In this document: piece by piece, positions 52,701 through 64,000 of the stretch | Position numbering within the stretch: position 1 is the first letter of the stretch | How the letters are laid out: every line of letters begins with the position of its first letter | NCBI GenBank assembly: GCA_001938485.1 | Contig: MQRK01231712.1 | Location: 14,131 to 78,130, forward strand | Direction of reading: 5' to 3' | DNA: 64,000 bases | Source: Girardia tigrina | Lineage: Eukaryota | Made by a program: the position numbers and the translations under genes | Notes under the pieces: generated by a model | Seen by the model: the letters and a program-made list of their open reading frames with translations, nothing else | Told to the model about the DNA's origin: nothing | Database searches by the model: none

Positions 52701-55700
52701 AAGAAAGTTTGAATTTGCATTTAATCTCCCATACCGGTCAGCGAAACTTCAAATGTGAAACGTGTTCGGCAGCGTTTGCTACGTCGAACGCGTTAAGAAA
52801 CCACCAAGTTGTACATAGTGATGCCAGACCGTTTTTGTGTAATATTTGTCAGAAATCGTTTAAAACTTCAAAACAATTACGAAATCATATTTCCATACAT
52901 TCCAATGCTCGACCGTATCCTTGTGAATATTGTAATAAATCGTTTCGTTTGCGTCGGTATCTCGAGTCTCATATGAGTTTACATCGATCGATTCCCGAAT
53001 TTCAGTGCTCGTTTTGTTCTGCGATGTTCCTCGATCACGATTCGTTTACTCAACACTCATTAAATTCGATGTGCTGTAATCCTGCTGCTGAGAAAATCTC
53101 GTCAGACATTGTTTCATGAATTTCTTCATCAGTTTTATTCCTTAAAAATAGATTAATAACAGTTTTAAGAGTTCAAAATTGGTCTCGTTTTAGTATTTTA
53201 CTTCTAGACAAATTTTGATTATAGAGGGCTGTTGATTTTCGTTATAATTCTATGGAATCTGATCATGCTGGTTTTACAGATTTTACTGTAATAAAAAATA
53301 GAACTATTTTAGTAATGACTTGTTCTTTAATTTAATTAATTGAAATTAATTAAATGTAAAAAGACTGTGGATTATGATCTTTGAAAGATAACGGATGAAA
53401 TATTCATATAATTATTTACAGAAATTTGCAAAAATTCTTTTTTTGTATGTTTTTTGGTTTTTTTAAATAATTATATTTCTATATTGTTTAATTTATTATT
53501 ATTCTTCATTTTATTATTTTAAATAATATGTATAATTATGTTATTTTACGATTTATACGTAAAATTTTACTTTAATATGTCCTACTAGAATATATGACGG
53601 AAGAGCTGAATTTTCTTCTTTGAAAGTTTCTGTTTTAATTTTAAAATCATAATTATAATTTATTATTTATTGTTTCAAATTTGGTGTTGATTTAACAGTT
53701 GGTCGATGTTGTCGGCTTCCCGGCGTTTTTCAGTTAAAGCACTGCACCGATATTACCGTTTTGACGCGGGCTATCCAGATTGACTATGTCTTTGCGTGGA
53801 TTCGCTTCGGTTCATCCTCCATTTTGCATTTATACCATAGTGTGATTGACAAGCAAACATACAAACTAACTAACTAACATTTTAGACAAATATATTATAT
53901 ACTGTATTGTCACACGTTTATCGATTCATTTATTTATATTTAAATTCTAAAATATTTGAATTTGAGTTTCACTCACAATTTTGAATAATTCATATAAATC
54001 ATTATGGTGAACCAAAAGTTCTTTCGGATATTTTATGTCATTCTTTATATATAATTGATTAAAAAATTAAAAAAAATAAGCCATGCAAAGCAAGAAAAAA
54101 ATTTGATCACAGCAAACTTTGAGCGTTACACAGATGAAACTCTGAGTATATATACAATTTCGAATATTTTGTACAAAGTGATGAATGAAAACTCGACAGT
54201 ATATTCATAATAAAATAATAAAATATAATATTCATAATAAAATAATTTTAGCCTGAACTAAGGTGAAACAAGATGAGACAGATAAAGATATAATTGTATG
54301 TGAAACAATCTACTTCAGTATTTTGATAAAATTTTCAAAAGATTTGGATATTTGAGAAGTATGTAACTCATTTCGTCACATTTGTCGACCATTGTACTCA
54401 TTTGAGGAAAAAACAATAGATCTGTCCATTTCTGGTTGAGGAAATATAAATCATTCACTTGAAAATTCTATTTTATTTAAAAAATTGTAACATTATTATA
54501 TTATAAAATATTTCATATTACCTTAAAGATATATAATTTTAATGATAATAATACAATATATAATTTATTGGGTGCTAAGAATGTCTCTTCTTTAGAGGAA
54601 TTTGTGGATTATCCCAATGAAGGGGGTCACAAACGCAAGCCATATTTTTGCTACTTTCGAAACATAAAAACAATTTTCGCAATCTTTTTTTCACATGTGC
54701 ATTTTAATTTACCTAACATATTGAATGTAAAAAATACAATTTTGTATTAAACCACAATGACTGTCAAATAAGTTCGGGCCATTAAATGAGTCAACCGGCT
54801 TTCACAAATTTCCAGTGAGGAATTTGAAACGTTTTATCCCCAATACAAATATTTACAATCGGTCCCATTTGGCATCACTGTCTACTGACTACTGATGGGT
54901 TATTAATATTTCAACCCTTTAATGAATAACTAAATAAACAATTCAAATATTATTGTACTATAATAGTACTACCTCATAATGTTACCCAAGTTTCTATTAT
55001 GTTTATATTATATATAAAATCTAGACCGATATATTAGCCATAGAATTCTTGATTGTGTTGTTATATGATTCTCGATTTCTGGATATATAATTTGAACAAT
55101 TATCTGCAATTATAAACAAGTCTTCAATTCTTTTCACATATTAATTACTACTCGAACATGACGTTTTTTTACACTGAATACTGTCTGTTAATTCTCATTT
55201 AATTGTCTTCCTTTCAGACAGATTCATCTGCTTTCTGACGATGTTTAATCAAAATTCATTTTAAAAAGTTTCGAAAATCAGAAAAAAAAATAAAAATATA
55301 TATATTAAACATTTCAATTGAATAGGCATTGAAGGAAAATTAAATTTCTTTTATAAAAATACGTTACAAATAGATATTTGATTTTTACGCGAAGATTCAA
55401 AAATGTACACAATTTATCTGTAAATTAGACTGTTGGAAATTTTTTTATTTTTTGTAGTCAATTTATTTATTTGTGGTCAGCCGAGAATTTCATGTCAGCA
55501 GAACGGTTTGAGCGCGCAAATAAAATTAGGCATTGTTACATTACAATTAGGGTGACCGTGGAATTGACCTAAAAATAATATTTTAACAATTTATTATTGT
55601 TAGGTTCGATATCAGAAGTAGAATTCATAAGATTGCAAAACAATTAATTATATAACAATTACAATTTTCTTAAACAAATTTTGAGGAACAATTTCCTTAA

Positions 55701-58282
55701 TTATTATACGAACCAGATTTAAACAAAATATAATTTCAATATTTATATAGTATAAATATTGTGATTTTAAATCAGTAGTTTTAAATTTAATTTTATTCAG
55801 TTAATTTTTATTTTTAAATTAATTCACAATTTGCAATTTTAAATCATTGCTTATATTCAATTCTTAATTTCATTTTGTTTCTTCTTATTTCCCACATTAT
55901 TTATACTGCAAAATTAACTTACAATTTATACTTCACAATTTACATTCCATAAATTATAATCTATAATTTACAATTTGCAAATTTTTAATTCATAATCTAT
56001 TATTTACAAGTTAAAATTCATTATTTTATTTGACCTTACTTTTCCTTTATATTCTATTTTAATTGAATTTCAAACATTTTATATTACAATTTATTTTCGA
56101 TGTTATACTAAACTTTAATTTCTATTATCTTGAAAATTATTTTATTTTATGATTTGAAAATCTATTTTAATAGTCTTAATTGTTAATTAATTTTAAAATA
56201 TTTTATTGTTGTAATTCTTTTTTTAGTTCAAAAATCTAAGGGTTATTTCAATTCTTACAATTATAATAGAATTTCGACTTTTTCTATTAATGAAAATCCT
56301 AAAACCTAAAAAAGAGTAAATCGAAATAAATTTCATTTCTGCTCATCAAAACTAACAATTATTGGATGTAAATAGTCTTGCTTGTTATTATTGTATGCTA
56401 AATGCAAATAGTGAACCGCGTTTGATGGAATAAAATTTCTGTCTTTGTTTTGTTTCCAAGAATAGAAAATCAGTGTTCGTTTACAGTTGACGTTGGTTGA
56501 CAGCATCGACTAAGTGCTGGGCGAAATATCCTGTAGTTTGGCAAAATATCAATTAGCGTGACAAATTAGGGTGATACAATATGTAATGAATCGTACTGTA
56601 AAGATGCCGTACTTAAATTATTATACGCAGTTCTGATAGTATATGAACTACTTTGAGTCACTTTAACATAGTTTATCCTAAAAGTACTTAAACTGAGTGA
56701 TTTAAAATCATTTCCCGACTTATACTTATAAAAATAGGTTAAAATTTTCATTTCTTAAACATCCATTGGTGGAAAAAAGTTTTTGAAAAGACGAAATAGG
56801 GAAATTTTTTCATGTCAAATATATGCTAACGTTATTTAACAATATATTTCTTTTAAAAACTAATTAAAATACTTCGTTTCATTAGTTTTTCACATTTTGT
56901 CTTTTATATTTTGGGTTACTTTGTAGTTGGTGTGCTTCCATAATAAAATTATTTTCGTACCATTAGTGTGATGAATATTTTAAATTTTTGAATGTGTATA
57001 TGTATTGTAGAACAACTTATTCTTCTAGTTAACAGGACTATTGAATAAGCTGCTCTACACAAAAATATACTAAACTAATCTAACACAATATTAGATTAAT
57101 TTAGTGTAAGTTAAAATAAAAGAACAAAATTAGTCAACCTTTAACGAAACTTTATTGGGAGACTAGTGATAATAATTAACCTGTATAAACAACAGTTTTT
57201 TGATAGACAAATGATTTGATCTGTATATAGAACAGTTTCTAGTTGACAAAAAATTGATCTGTAGATATCCGGTCGATTGTCGTACGGGCTATATCTCGAC
57301 TGTTTTATTTATCGTATTTAGTCTCGATATTTTTAAACGTTTGGAGTCCTGGCAGATGATTTGGATTGATAGAAAGAACGTCAAAACTGAAATTTTTAAT
57401 GATTGCAGTCTGGGGATTAATTTTGTGGACGATATCTAATCAGGAATTCTTTTTAAATTTCTTTGTTCAATTTTGTATTGATTTTTTTGTTGGTTAATAT
57501 GCGATTTATATTATATATTTTATATTGCATTTTTATGGTATAATGTTGACTTAATCACAAGAAAAAAAATAAATAATAATAAATTACAATAAAAAATTGT
57601 CAAACACATACAAAAAATATGTTTACATAAAAAATATGTAAGACAAACCAAAGTCCCACCAAAAAATCACAATGTACCAAAGAATATATCACACCAAAAG
57701 AAATACATCACAAAGAAATTATGCACAAAAGAAATAAAGTAAAATCGACCACGATCCGGGCGTCGAAAGTGAGGTATCACATGTATTGATGCTGTATGTT
57801 GAACTTAGAATGGTGATTCTCCCACCCAGATGGAAAGAGATTTTTTTTTAATTTGAAGTGATTGACTATTCGAACATAATTAAAATAATAATTTGATAAG
57901 TTTATATTTTTTAAATTAACAATTAAAATCAAGTTTAATATTTTTTTTTAAAATTTAAATTCAGTTCAGTTTCAATAATTTGATAACATTTTTTATTATT
58001 TTGTGTTTTTATTAAGAAATGGTTTAAATTAATATTTTTTAAAAATTAAATATTTTATAGATTTTGAAAAATTGTTCGAATAGTCATGATTAAAAAGAGA
58101 AATAATAAAACCAATGAGTAAGATGTCAAATGGTGAAAGACCTTCTGAGAGTTGTAATAGTAATAAAAATTCAAATGAGACTTGTCTCAATGTTCTTAAT
58201 AATTAGTTCCAACTGAAAATTATAAATTATAGTTCTTGTTAAACATATTTTTCCATTCTTTTTATTAACTTACTTTATATAT

Positions 58283-58332
<50 letters not shown>

Positions 58333-58835
58333 AATTTAGAAACCGGTTCTTGAAGGCCTTCTACTCAATCAATTTTCTTCAATCTTTGCACACTTACTCA
58401 TTATCGATGACAATAAATGATTATGTAAAAATTTGATCGTAAAATTTTCTTTAAGATCCCAAAACTGGAAAAAAACGGAAAATTCGGAGTTCCCGAACAA
58501 TATTAATTGCAAGATATCTATTTATAAATTATAAGTAGTTTATATTTATTTTTAATGTGTTTTTTTTAATTTAAAATTTCTTAAATCTCAAATTTTCAAA
58601 TTTTAAAAACTTTGTTGGCAAAGTAGAGTTCTGTCTGCATAAAGAATGGATATAAAAAAATTAATTTTTTGATTTACTAGTTTCATATTTTAAATTCGCA
58701 AATCATTCATAAATAATTTCATTTTTAATGTAGCCAGAATGGTATATGGCTCAAGTGATCCAATGGATAATGGTACATCACACGGTTTTGGGAGAAATAT
58801 TTACCGAAGATGTATTAGAACTTGTTGATGGTCGG
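37364..58835 (+). CDS. RINT1: RINT1/TIP20-like ER tethering protein, 3'-incomplete; join(37364..37525,37565..37788,48021..48194,48373..48522,48574..48736,58734..58835)
   Basis: GT..AG introns with consistent phases. The spliced protein contains QFQECLKEIGWPYIS, IPLPVEILLEQLVKYFKFFFWTDNKINKISK|PEWYMAQVIQWI, matching RINT1 motifs (FEEIL..L.WPF; LPIQVML.PL.KRFRYHF...TN.LSKPEWYLAQVL.WI). N-terminus is coiled-coil-like. Confidence 0.8.
37700..39720 (+). repeat. degenerate tandem duplication (4 units) of the RINT1 exon-2 end plus adjacent intron
   Basis: gagaaata(ta)gg...gaatattt.at.gaaat.at.t.ataatta.gataaa recurs at 37742, 38207, 38767 and 39324. Confidence 0.75.
39100..39259. mobile_element. 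160-bp MITE with about 55-bp imperfect TIRs, unclassified
   Basis: tcatgagtaggacacggaatttaatgaccttaaaaat ... atttttaaggtcattaaattccgtgccctagtcacga. Confidence 0.75.
39800..40135 (+). repeat. dispersed repeat ending in (TA)n; inverted copy at 58331-58683
   Basis: Shared cagaactctactttgccaa, gttcgggaactc, cataatcatttattgtcatcga, gagtagaaggccttcaa and tttctaaattccat. Confidence 0.8.
40172..40559. repeat. foldback/palindrome, about 130-bp arms, 62-bp spacer
   Basis: 40172-40303 is the reverse complement of 40366-40559 (N gap in the right arm). Opposite-strand ORFs give near-identical peptides. Confidence 0.85.
40805..41044 (-). repeat. solo LTR (same family)
   Basis: Contains ccatctgtgtaggagaggcacaat and ends cattcctcaca. 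Confidence 0.65.
43828..45110 (-). mobile_element. pogo/Tigger element, 5'-truncated (DDE_1 transposase remnant)
   Basis: NADESDLF..MLPDRTL, GGKQAKDRITVLL, IGKAKNPRCF, LLLIDNC.AH; C-terminal QTNITDYF. Terminus ta|cagtgaaaatcacttaagacgaa. Confidence 0.88.
46035..47192 (-). mobile_element. internally deleted pogo/Tigger-like element
   Basis: TIRs cagtccaccctcg.tt / aacgagggtggactg, TA flanks. Degenerate transposase C-terminus (W..ITKESIINCFKKAF). Confidence 0.75.
46888..47589 (+). repeat. near-identical direct duplication, 358-bp period
   Basis: 46888-47231 is repeated at 47246-47589, including the right TIR (47192 and 47550). Confidence 0.9.
48021..48736 (+). CDS. RINT1: RINT1-like exons 48021..48194, 48373..48522, 48574..48736
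   Basis: Phase-2 junctions with introns of 178 and 51 nt. IGWPY and LPVEILL motifs present. Confidence 0.8.
49553..50406. mobile_element. hAT-type non-autonomous element with perfect 8-bp TSD
   Basis: attcagac|caggcgcgtagccagg ... cctggctacgccgctg|attcagac. Spans an N gap. Confidence 0.88.
51180..52078. promoter_or_regulatory. GC/CpG-enriched island upstream of the ZNF gene, putative promoter
   Basis: Visibly GC- and CpG-richer than the flanking intron, with gcgcgcgcgcgtg near 51788. No transposon signature recognised. Confidence 0.4.
52079..53119 (+). CDS. single-exon C2H2 zinc-finger protein (8 C2H2 + 1 C2HC-type finger), nested in a RINT1 intron
   Basis: Intact ORF (first ATG at 52079; ORF track starts at TTG 52013). 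Repeated CxxC-x(11-12)-Hx3H fingers with TGERPF/TGERPY/SDARPF linkers and an acidic N-terminal segment. Confidence 0.9.
   Translation: MPRLKSAPNRIVSEESGGGGIDAAGMYRRNVGNDDGEDSMISSEYDSSVNMFLDTEFNVTEAVLSQSSNSNGGHNELMLREKGLVTCKLCQKVLKKGSLREHMDRHQGTGKYRCRLCSKTFSRASALEKHNRTHTGERPFACTICDKRYRQRVQLKEHLRSHTGERPYTCPICQYSLVSKSLLNRHLRTHLEPPGEICHICNKAFRRKESLNLHLISHTGQRNFKCETCSAAFATSNALRNHQVVHSDARPFLCNICQKSFKTSKQLRNHISIHSNARPYPCEYCNKSFRLRRYLESHMSLHRSIPEFQCSFCSAMFLDHDSFTQHSLNSMCCNPAAEKISSDIVS
53585..53902 (-). mobile_element. non-autonomous Helitron-like element
   Basis: Minus-strand 3' end has a hairpin then ...tattCTAG|T. (GTTA)n near the 5' end. Homologous to 35270-35500 and 36400-36613. Confidence 0.65.
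57862..58085. mobile_element. AT-rich MITE-like element with 14-bp inverted termini
   Basis: tgactattcgaaca ... tgttcgaatagtca. A related copy starts near 33855, with shared downstream sequence (gatgtcaaa.ggtgaa.ga). An LTR-family fragment lies just upstream (57770-57835). Confidence 0.55.
58286..58330. repeat. (TA)n microsatellite
   Basis: About 22 TA units. Confidence 0.95.
58734..58835 (+). CDS. RINT1: RINT1-like exon PEWYMAQVIQW...LVDGR
   Basis: Acceptor ttttaatgtag, donor gtaag, 102 nt, phase 0/0. Completes the conserved K|PEWY motif. Confidence 0.8.
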
Positions 58836-59112
58836 GTAAGAATATAAATACATTTAATTTTACATTATAATATTTTTTGGATAACTATTTCTTTAATTAT
58901 ATTTTTGTCAATAAATAAGGCTATAAAATTAATTTGGATATCTATTGGTGGATTTTAATTTTTAAATAAATAGACAGTAATATAGGGTTGATACATAAAT
59001 AATGTTTATTTTGGGGATAAATTAGGAAACTGAGTCTTATTCAATAATAAATTTTTAATGATATCTTTGTCATTATTTTGTCTTTAGGTGACTTTGTAAT
59101 TCTTGTTCCAAA

Positions 59113-59942
59113 TATTATGGGAACCGGAAGGTTTCAGCGTTCTTTTTATACTAAAATTTTGCGGTCAGTTTTAACTAAGTTGCCACATTGAACGGTCGTG
59201 GTTTTTATTGGTTAAGATGTGTGTTCCTCGGTGTCTAAAATAGATTTTATATCTTTAAACACCTGCACATTCGAAAATGGTAGAAGAGTCTTCATGGAAA
59301 AGAGATTTACATGTGTTGATGTTGTAGGAGTTTTATAAAAAAAATCAGCAACAGTTGCTACAAATAAAATTTATTTAGTGTATCAAATAAACTTAAGTTA
59401 CGCACTTGTCAAACGTGGTTCTATCTGGAAATTTAAATTAACAATATCTGAATAATCTCACAAACTTGAGTTCCCCTGGTCTACAAAACAAGAACAAATT
59501 AAATAAATCGGGAAGAGTTGGAAAGAGGGAAAAAACAAAAACGTGCTGTCGAACACGTGTGACATTTTTGAAAAAAAGATTATTTTAAAATGGATTGTAA
59601 CGGGAGACGAAAAGGGGATTTTATAGGACAACAGAAAAAGAAAAAAACATATCAGCTACTCAAAAATCCTTCCAAAATTATCATTTATTTCGTTCCATGG
59701 AAAACTATTTAAAAGAAAAAAGATTTTCCAACGGAAATGAGGAAAAAGTTTTCCTTGATTTGTTTTTCAAATCTAAAAAGGAGAGTTTCTATAAAAAGAA
59801 ATATTTCGCTGCCTGACAAGTGGAAAAAGGGTTTAGAAAACGATGGCAGGAATTATATTTTATAAATAAAGTTTCAGAGCTTTTCGTATTCTAAAAGAAA
59901 CAAAAATTATACAATCTTTACCAAACTTTCCGGTTGATCTAA
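59113..59942 (+). mobile_element. highly degenerate mariner remnant
   Basis: WIVTGDEK at about 59590. Decayed inverted ends aaccggaaggttt / aaactttccggtt. Confidence 0.55.
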
Positions 59943-60431
59943 TATTTCTTAACGAAGAACAGAGGATTTTTGTTGTGGGAATATTCTCATTGCCCAGTTG
60001 TGGGCATTGTTTTTAGACGAATCCGCCCACAGCAGGGTGGCCAACACTAACAAACTATTTTTATTTTCCAGTTGAATTTTACTTCTCAATGACACATGGA
60101 AATGATGTTTTGATCAAGTTTTCCTTACTAAAATCGTAATGCATCCGAACCTAGTGTCAATTAATCTCGAGAAGCTTATTTAAATCTTCTCTCATGTCAT
60201 CATAATTGCCGCGTGTTGTATTATCGGAACAATATTTGACGAAACATCTTTGACATATTTTACCTCTACCAGACACATTTTATATGTTTGGCTTTCCATT
60301 TTCTTTTCCTCCCGATAGTTAAAAACCATAAAATATTCCACTTAACTAATTTAGATATTCGATGATCCTAAATAAATATATTTCTTTTAACTATATTTTT
60401 GTATTAAATTCCTGGGGGATTCAAGTGATTA

Positions 60432-61640
60432 CAGTCGAACCCCGATTTAAACGAACCCCGTATTAACGAAAACCCCGATATAACGAAAGAATAGTGAAGT
60501 CCTTGCCGAATCCTCGTACATTATTTGTATATAAGCCCTCACTTTAACGAACTATATTTTAACAAAACTTCAATTTAACGAACGTTGCCTTCACATTATA
60601 CAAAATCAAAACCTTAACGAAAATTTACCTATGATATACTTGTTCTCTTTTTTGTTTTATCCATCTAGATTTCCAGTACAATATGCTAGTAGCAACAAAA
60701 CTTGGATGAATCGCTTTCTTTGGAACGAGTGGCTCACTAAATTCAATCAGCAAATAACACAAAAATATAACAAGATTTTACTATTTGTCAACAATGTCTC
60801 AAGCGACTCTGCGCCGCCGCTTTCATCTATTGAATTGGTTTTCCTTCTACTTTTTACTACGTCACATAGTCAGACCTGTGATCAAGGAATTATTGCAGAT
60901 TTTAAGATGCACTATAGAAGCGCCTTCTTCCTATTGAATTGAATTGAATCATTCGCAGAATTCCAGTCAGTATTTTGGATGCTATTTATCTGGCAGAAAA
61001 AGCATGGGAAAGCGTCAGTACAGTCACTATCGCTAATTGTTTTCGAAAGACCGGATTTAAACAAGAAATAGTCATTGTTCCTGCAGAATTTACTGAACCA
61101 CAGGAAAATTTGGTTGAAATGCAGCTCATCTTGGAAGTTCTAAGGCAAGATTTTTGTTCCACCTTCAGTTTAACATCATCTATGGAAAAATTTGTTAACA
61201 TCGATGAAGATATTACAATGGAAGGAATTCTTGCTGACGAAGAGATTCTTAAACAGGCTCGAAGTAAGAATGACGAAGGAGAAGTTAAAACAATTGAATC
61301 TCTCCAACCACAATCAATATCACTATCTGAAGCAATTGCTGCTCTCGCTATGATCCGTCAGTATTGCAATGAACACGGAATATCCTGAAACATTTCAGTC
61401 GTAGATTTAGAAGCCACTTTGGCGAAATCTATCTTAAGTCGACAACATCAAGCCACATTGGATGGTTTTTGTGACTTGATTAATGAAATGTTTTTCAATA
61501 AAGTATATGGATTTTTATTTTTTAAATTTTAAAAATGAATTGTAAATAGAATTGTGGATGAATCGGCCATTACACTCAAACCCCGTTTTAACGAATATTT
61601 TCTCGATCCCCGTGTTTTTCGTTAAACCGGAGTTCCACTG
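60432..61640 (+). mobile_element. internally deleted pogo/Tigger element
   Basis: TIRs cagtcgaaccccg.tttaa.cgaa / ttcgttaaaccggagttccactg, TA flanks. Remnants TWMN..LWNEWL, FTTSHSQTCDQGIIADFK.HYR, AWESVS.VTIANCFRKTG. Confidence 0.88.
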
Positions 61641-64000
61641 TATAATCTTTGAAGACCATTCACCGGAGACATCCGATTCTAACAACTTTTATCAATCGAA
61701 ACTTAATTCACACGAAATGTTTTTTATCCTTCATATAAATCAAACTTCATGATACTTTCTATATTTGAAAACTAAAAAATGTTACTTCGAGCACCTTGAA
61801 TAAGTCGTAACCCGTTACCAGTTTGATTTTTATAATTCTCTAATTAATTTTATTATTTTTCCCTTTTAAGTAAAGAAAGATATTTTTGGAATAATGAGTA
61901 AGAGTATTTGATTAATAATAATTGTTATCAGCATCTAATTACAAAAGTGACATGTGGTTTGTGGTGGGACACGAAGATATAAGTAATGGAATTGGGCGCG
62001 ATAGATGAAGGCAATATCCATCAATCAGTTATCTTTTCCATCGCTTTATCCTTCATTTTTTAAACTTAAAAATTAGAAATCGGTTTCGGGGGAATTTTCG
62101 TTAATTTAAATTTAATTATAACTACAATTAGTAATAATAACAGATTTTTACAATTAAAATTAAAAATTTTAAGCGATGTTTTCTTCACGTTAACTGTTTT
62201 CTTAAATCAAACGTCTCACTTGCTCTTTGGAAAAGATTGCGTACCGTTATTTTGTGTTAGCGAAAATGTACGGACTGACATTCCAGTGTAACTGATCTAA
62301 GGATAACATATTTTCTGTTAATGAGCCAAAACTTTTATTTATTTTCTGGATATATTCGTTTTGTATTCAACTTTAACACAGCGCTCTTTCATTTTAATGA
62401 ACTTCTTTCACAAATATTTGACAGCGACACATGTAAAATAGGATTTAAATATATTTAAATTAACCTCATTCAGTAATTGTTAATGTTAATTAAACTGCTT
62501 CCGTAGCTTGACTTTTTTGTTTAATTTTCATTTTGATTTATAATGACTCTTGGGAAGAACTGTCTTGTCTTTTTGCATAATAACATACTAGCGTTATTTC
62601 TTCAAAAGTATTCATAATAAATTATTTTTAATAACCGTATTTATAAGGGATAACGACTCTAATGTTTCCTGAAGGAATTATAGAGTCCCTGGCAACTAGT
62701 GGTGTAATGGTCCTACCGTATCATTGAATGCTTCAGTGTTTTAGAAAAATATCTCCGTTACAAAATGATTCATGAATATTATTAATAATAGATAATGAAA
62801 TTTATCAAAATTAAAGCTATTAAATTTGACCTTTATCATCTATTCATATTATCTATTTATCTTTCATTTAATTAGCAACATCAGGAAAATAATTATTTAT
62901 TATGAAAAGATTGTATGAGATTCTTGGTGTGTCGCAAAAGTCTTAGAAATTTATTCCCATATGCCACTTTAATGTAAAAATAGTTTTCTTTCATGTCACG
63001 GTCTCCATCTCAACCACTACTTTACAATGCTCATTATTAGGGTTTTTTTGGTGACTTTAATTTTTGAATAATTAATTTGTAATATCATATTTATAATTAA
63101 ATAAGTTCAAATGATTTATTTATATAAATTTTTAAAAAATAAATATTTCGGATTACAATTAAATTTTAATTTATTGGACAAGACTATTTTTTGAAATAAA
63201 TAGTTCGCAGTAACAAACATTGTAAATGAAATTAAGTTGTAAAATAAAAAAATCATAATGTTTTATTACCATTAAAATTGCATTAAATTTGTATTAAAAA
63301 TAATTATAATTGAAGGTTTTAAACAATTAACGAACAATAAAAAATATTCGGAAATTTAATTTTAACAGTAGATGCACCATTCAAATATTTTAAAGATCTA
63401 AAATTATATTTAAGTTAAATGGTTTTAAATAAATAATATTGAAATAACAGCATCTAAATAATTTTAAATTAATATAAATCGTTGTAACTTAACTAAATTA
63501 CGTTTAAAAATGATTTAAAATAAAACTGTAATTATGTAGATTTTTATAATGTATTTTAAAGATTTTTATAAAATATTAAAATGTTAATTTATAAATTAAC
63601 GTAATCAAAAATAATAAATTCAATTTTTAATTAACGTTTTTAATAAAAAAACATATCAGTATTTTTATGTATAATTCATCTGGTCAAAAGAAAACAAAAG
63701 AAAGGTTCCTCAAGAAAAATGTTTAAATAATTGTTATTGTTATGGAAATAAAATTTTGGCGTTACGAATTCTAATCTTTATCAAGAACCCAACATTCATA
63801 TAAGTTTCACTTCAATGTCGTGAAATCTGTTTAAACAATTGCAGTGAACTTTCCTTCACTTTCTGTGAAGACATGAAATTAGTTTTTCGCTTTTTGTCCT
63901 TTGTTTGTCAGTCTAAAATACAAATTAGTACCAAACACAACTTTCCTTCCAACACTGTACAAGACATTTGTTATCATTTGTAACTAGATAGACTGTTATC

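Noticed and set aside
51869-52720. 283-aa minus-strand ORF
   Set aside because: Antisense shadow of the C2H2 repeats, a common artefact. No independent domain.
1-64000. CRISPR arrays, rRNA, tRNA, bacterial operons
   Set aside because: No repeat-spacer array or structured RNA gene was recognised. The sequence is intron-containing eukaryotic DNA.

Overview
Eukaryotic (animal) genomic DNA, very AT-rich, with several N gaps. Two spliced host genes run in tandem on the + strand. The first is a TAF3-like gene: 8 exons visible, C-terminal PHD finger, stop at 36820, N-terminal histone-fold exons not found in the window. The second starts 543 bp later and is the 5' part of a RINT1/TIP20-like gene: 6 exons visible, continuing past the window end. 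A single-exon, 9-finger C2H2 zinc-finger gene sits on the same strand inside a 10-kb RINT1 intron. Intron sizes are strongly bimodal: 39-56 nt micro-introns alongside 4-10 kb introns packed with transposons. The transposons include several mariner lineages (two nested pairs), Tc1, DD41D-like, pogo/Tigger, hAT (including a SPIN-like MITE), Helitron-like repeats, Ty3/Gypsy fragments and solo LTRs, and RTE and RLE-type non-LTR fragments. Most ORF-track entries are transposon remnants or spurious. No rRNA, tRNA or CRISPR array was seen. Best leads are the same-strand nested ZNF gene with its GC-rich upstream island, the SPIN-like MITE (horizontal-transfer candidate), a weak candidate endogenous negative-strand RNA virus fragment, and the unusual gene architecture. 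All family assignments come from motifs recognised from memory; no searches were run.
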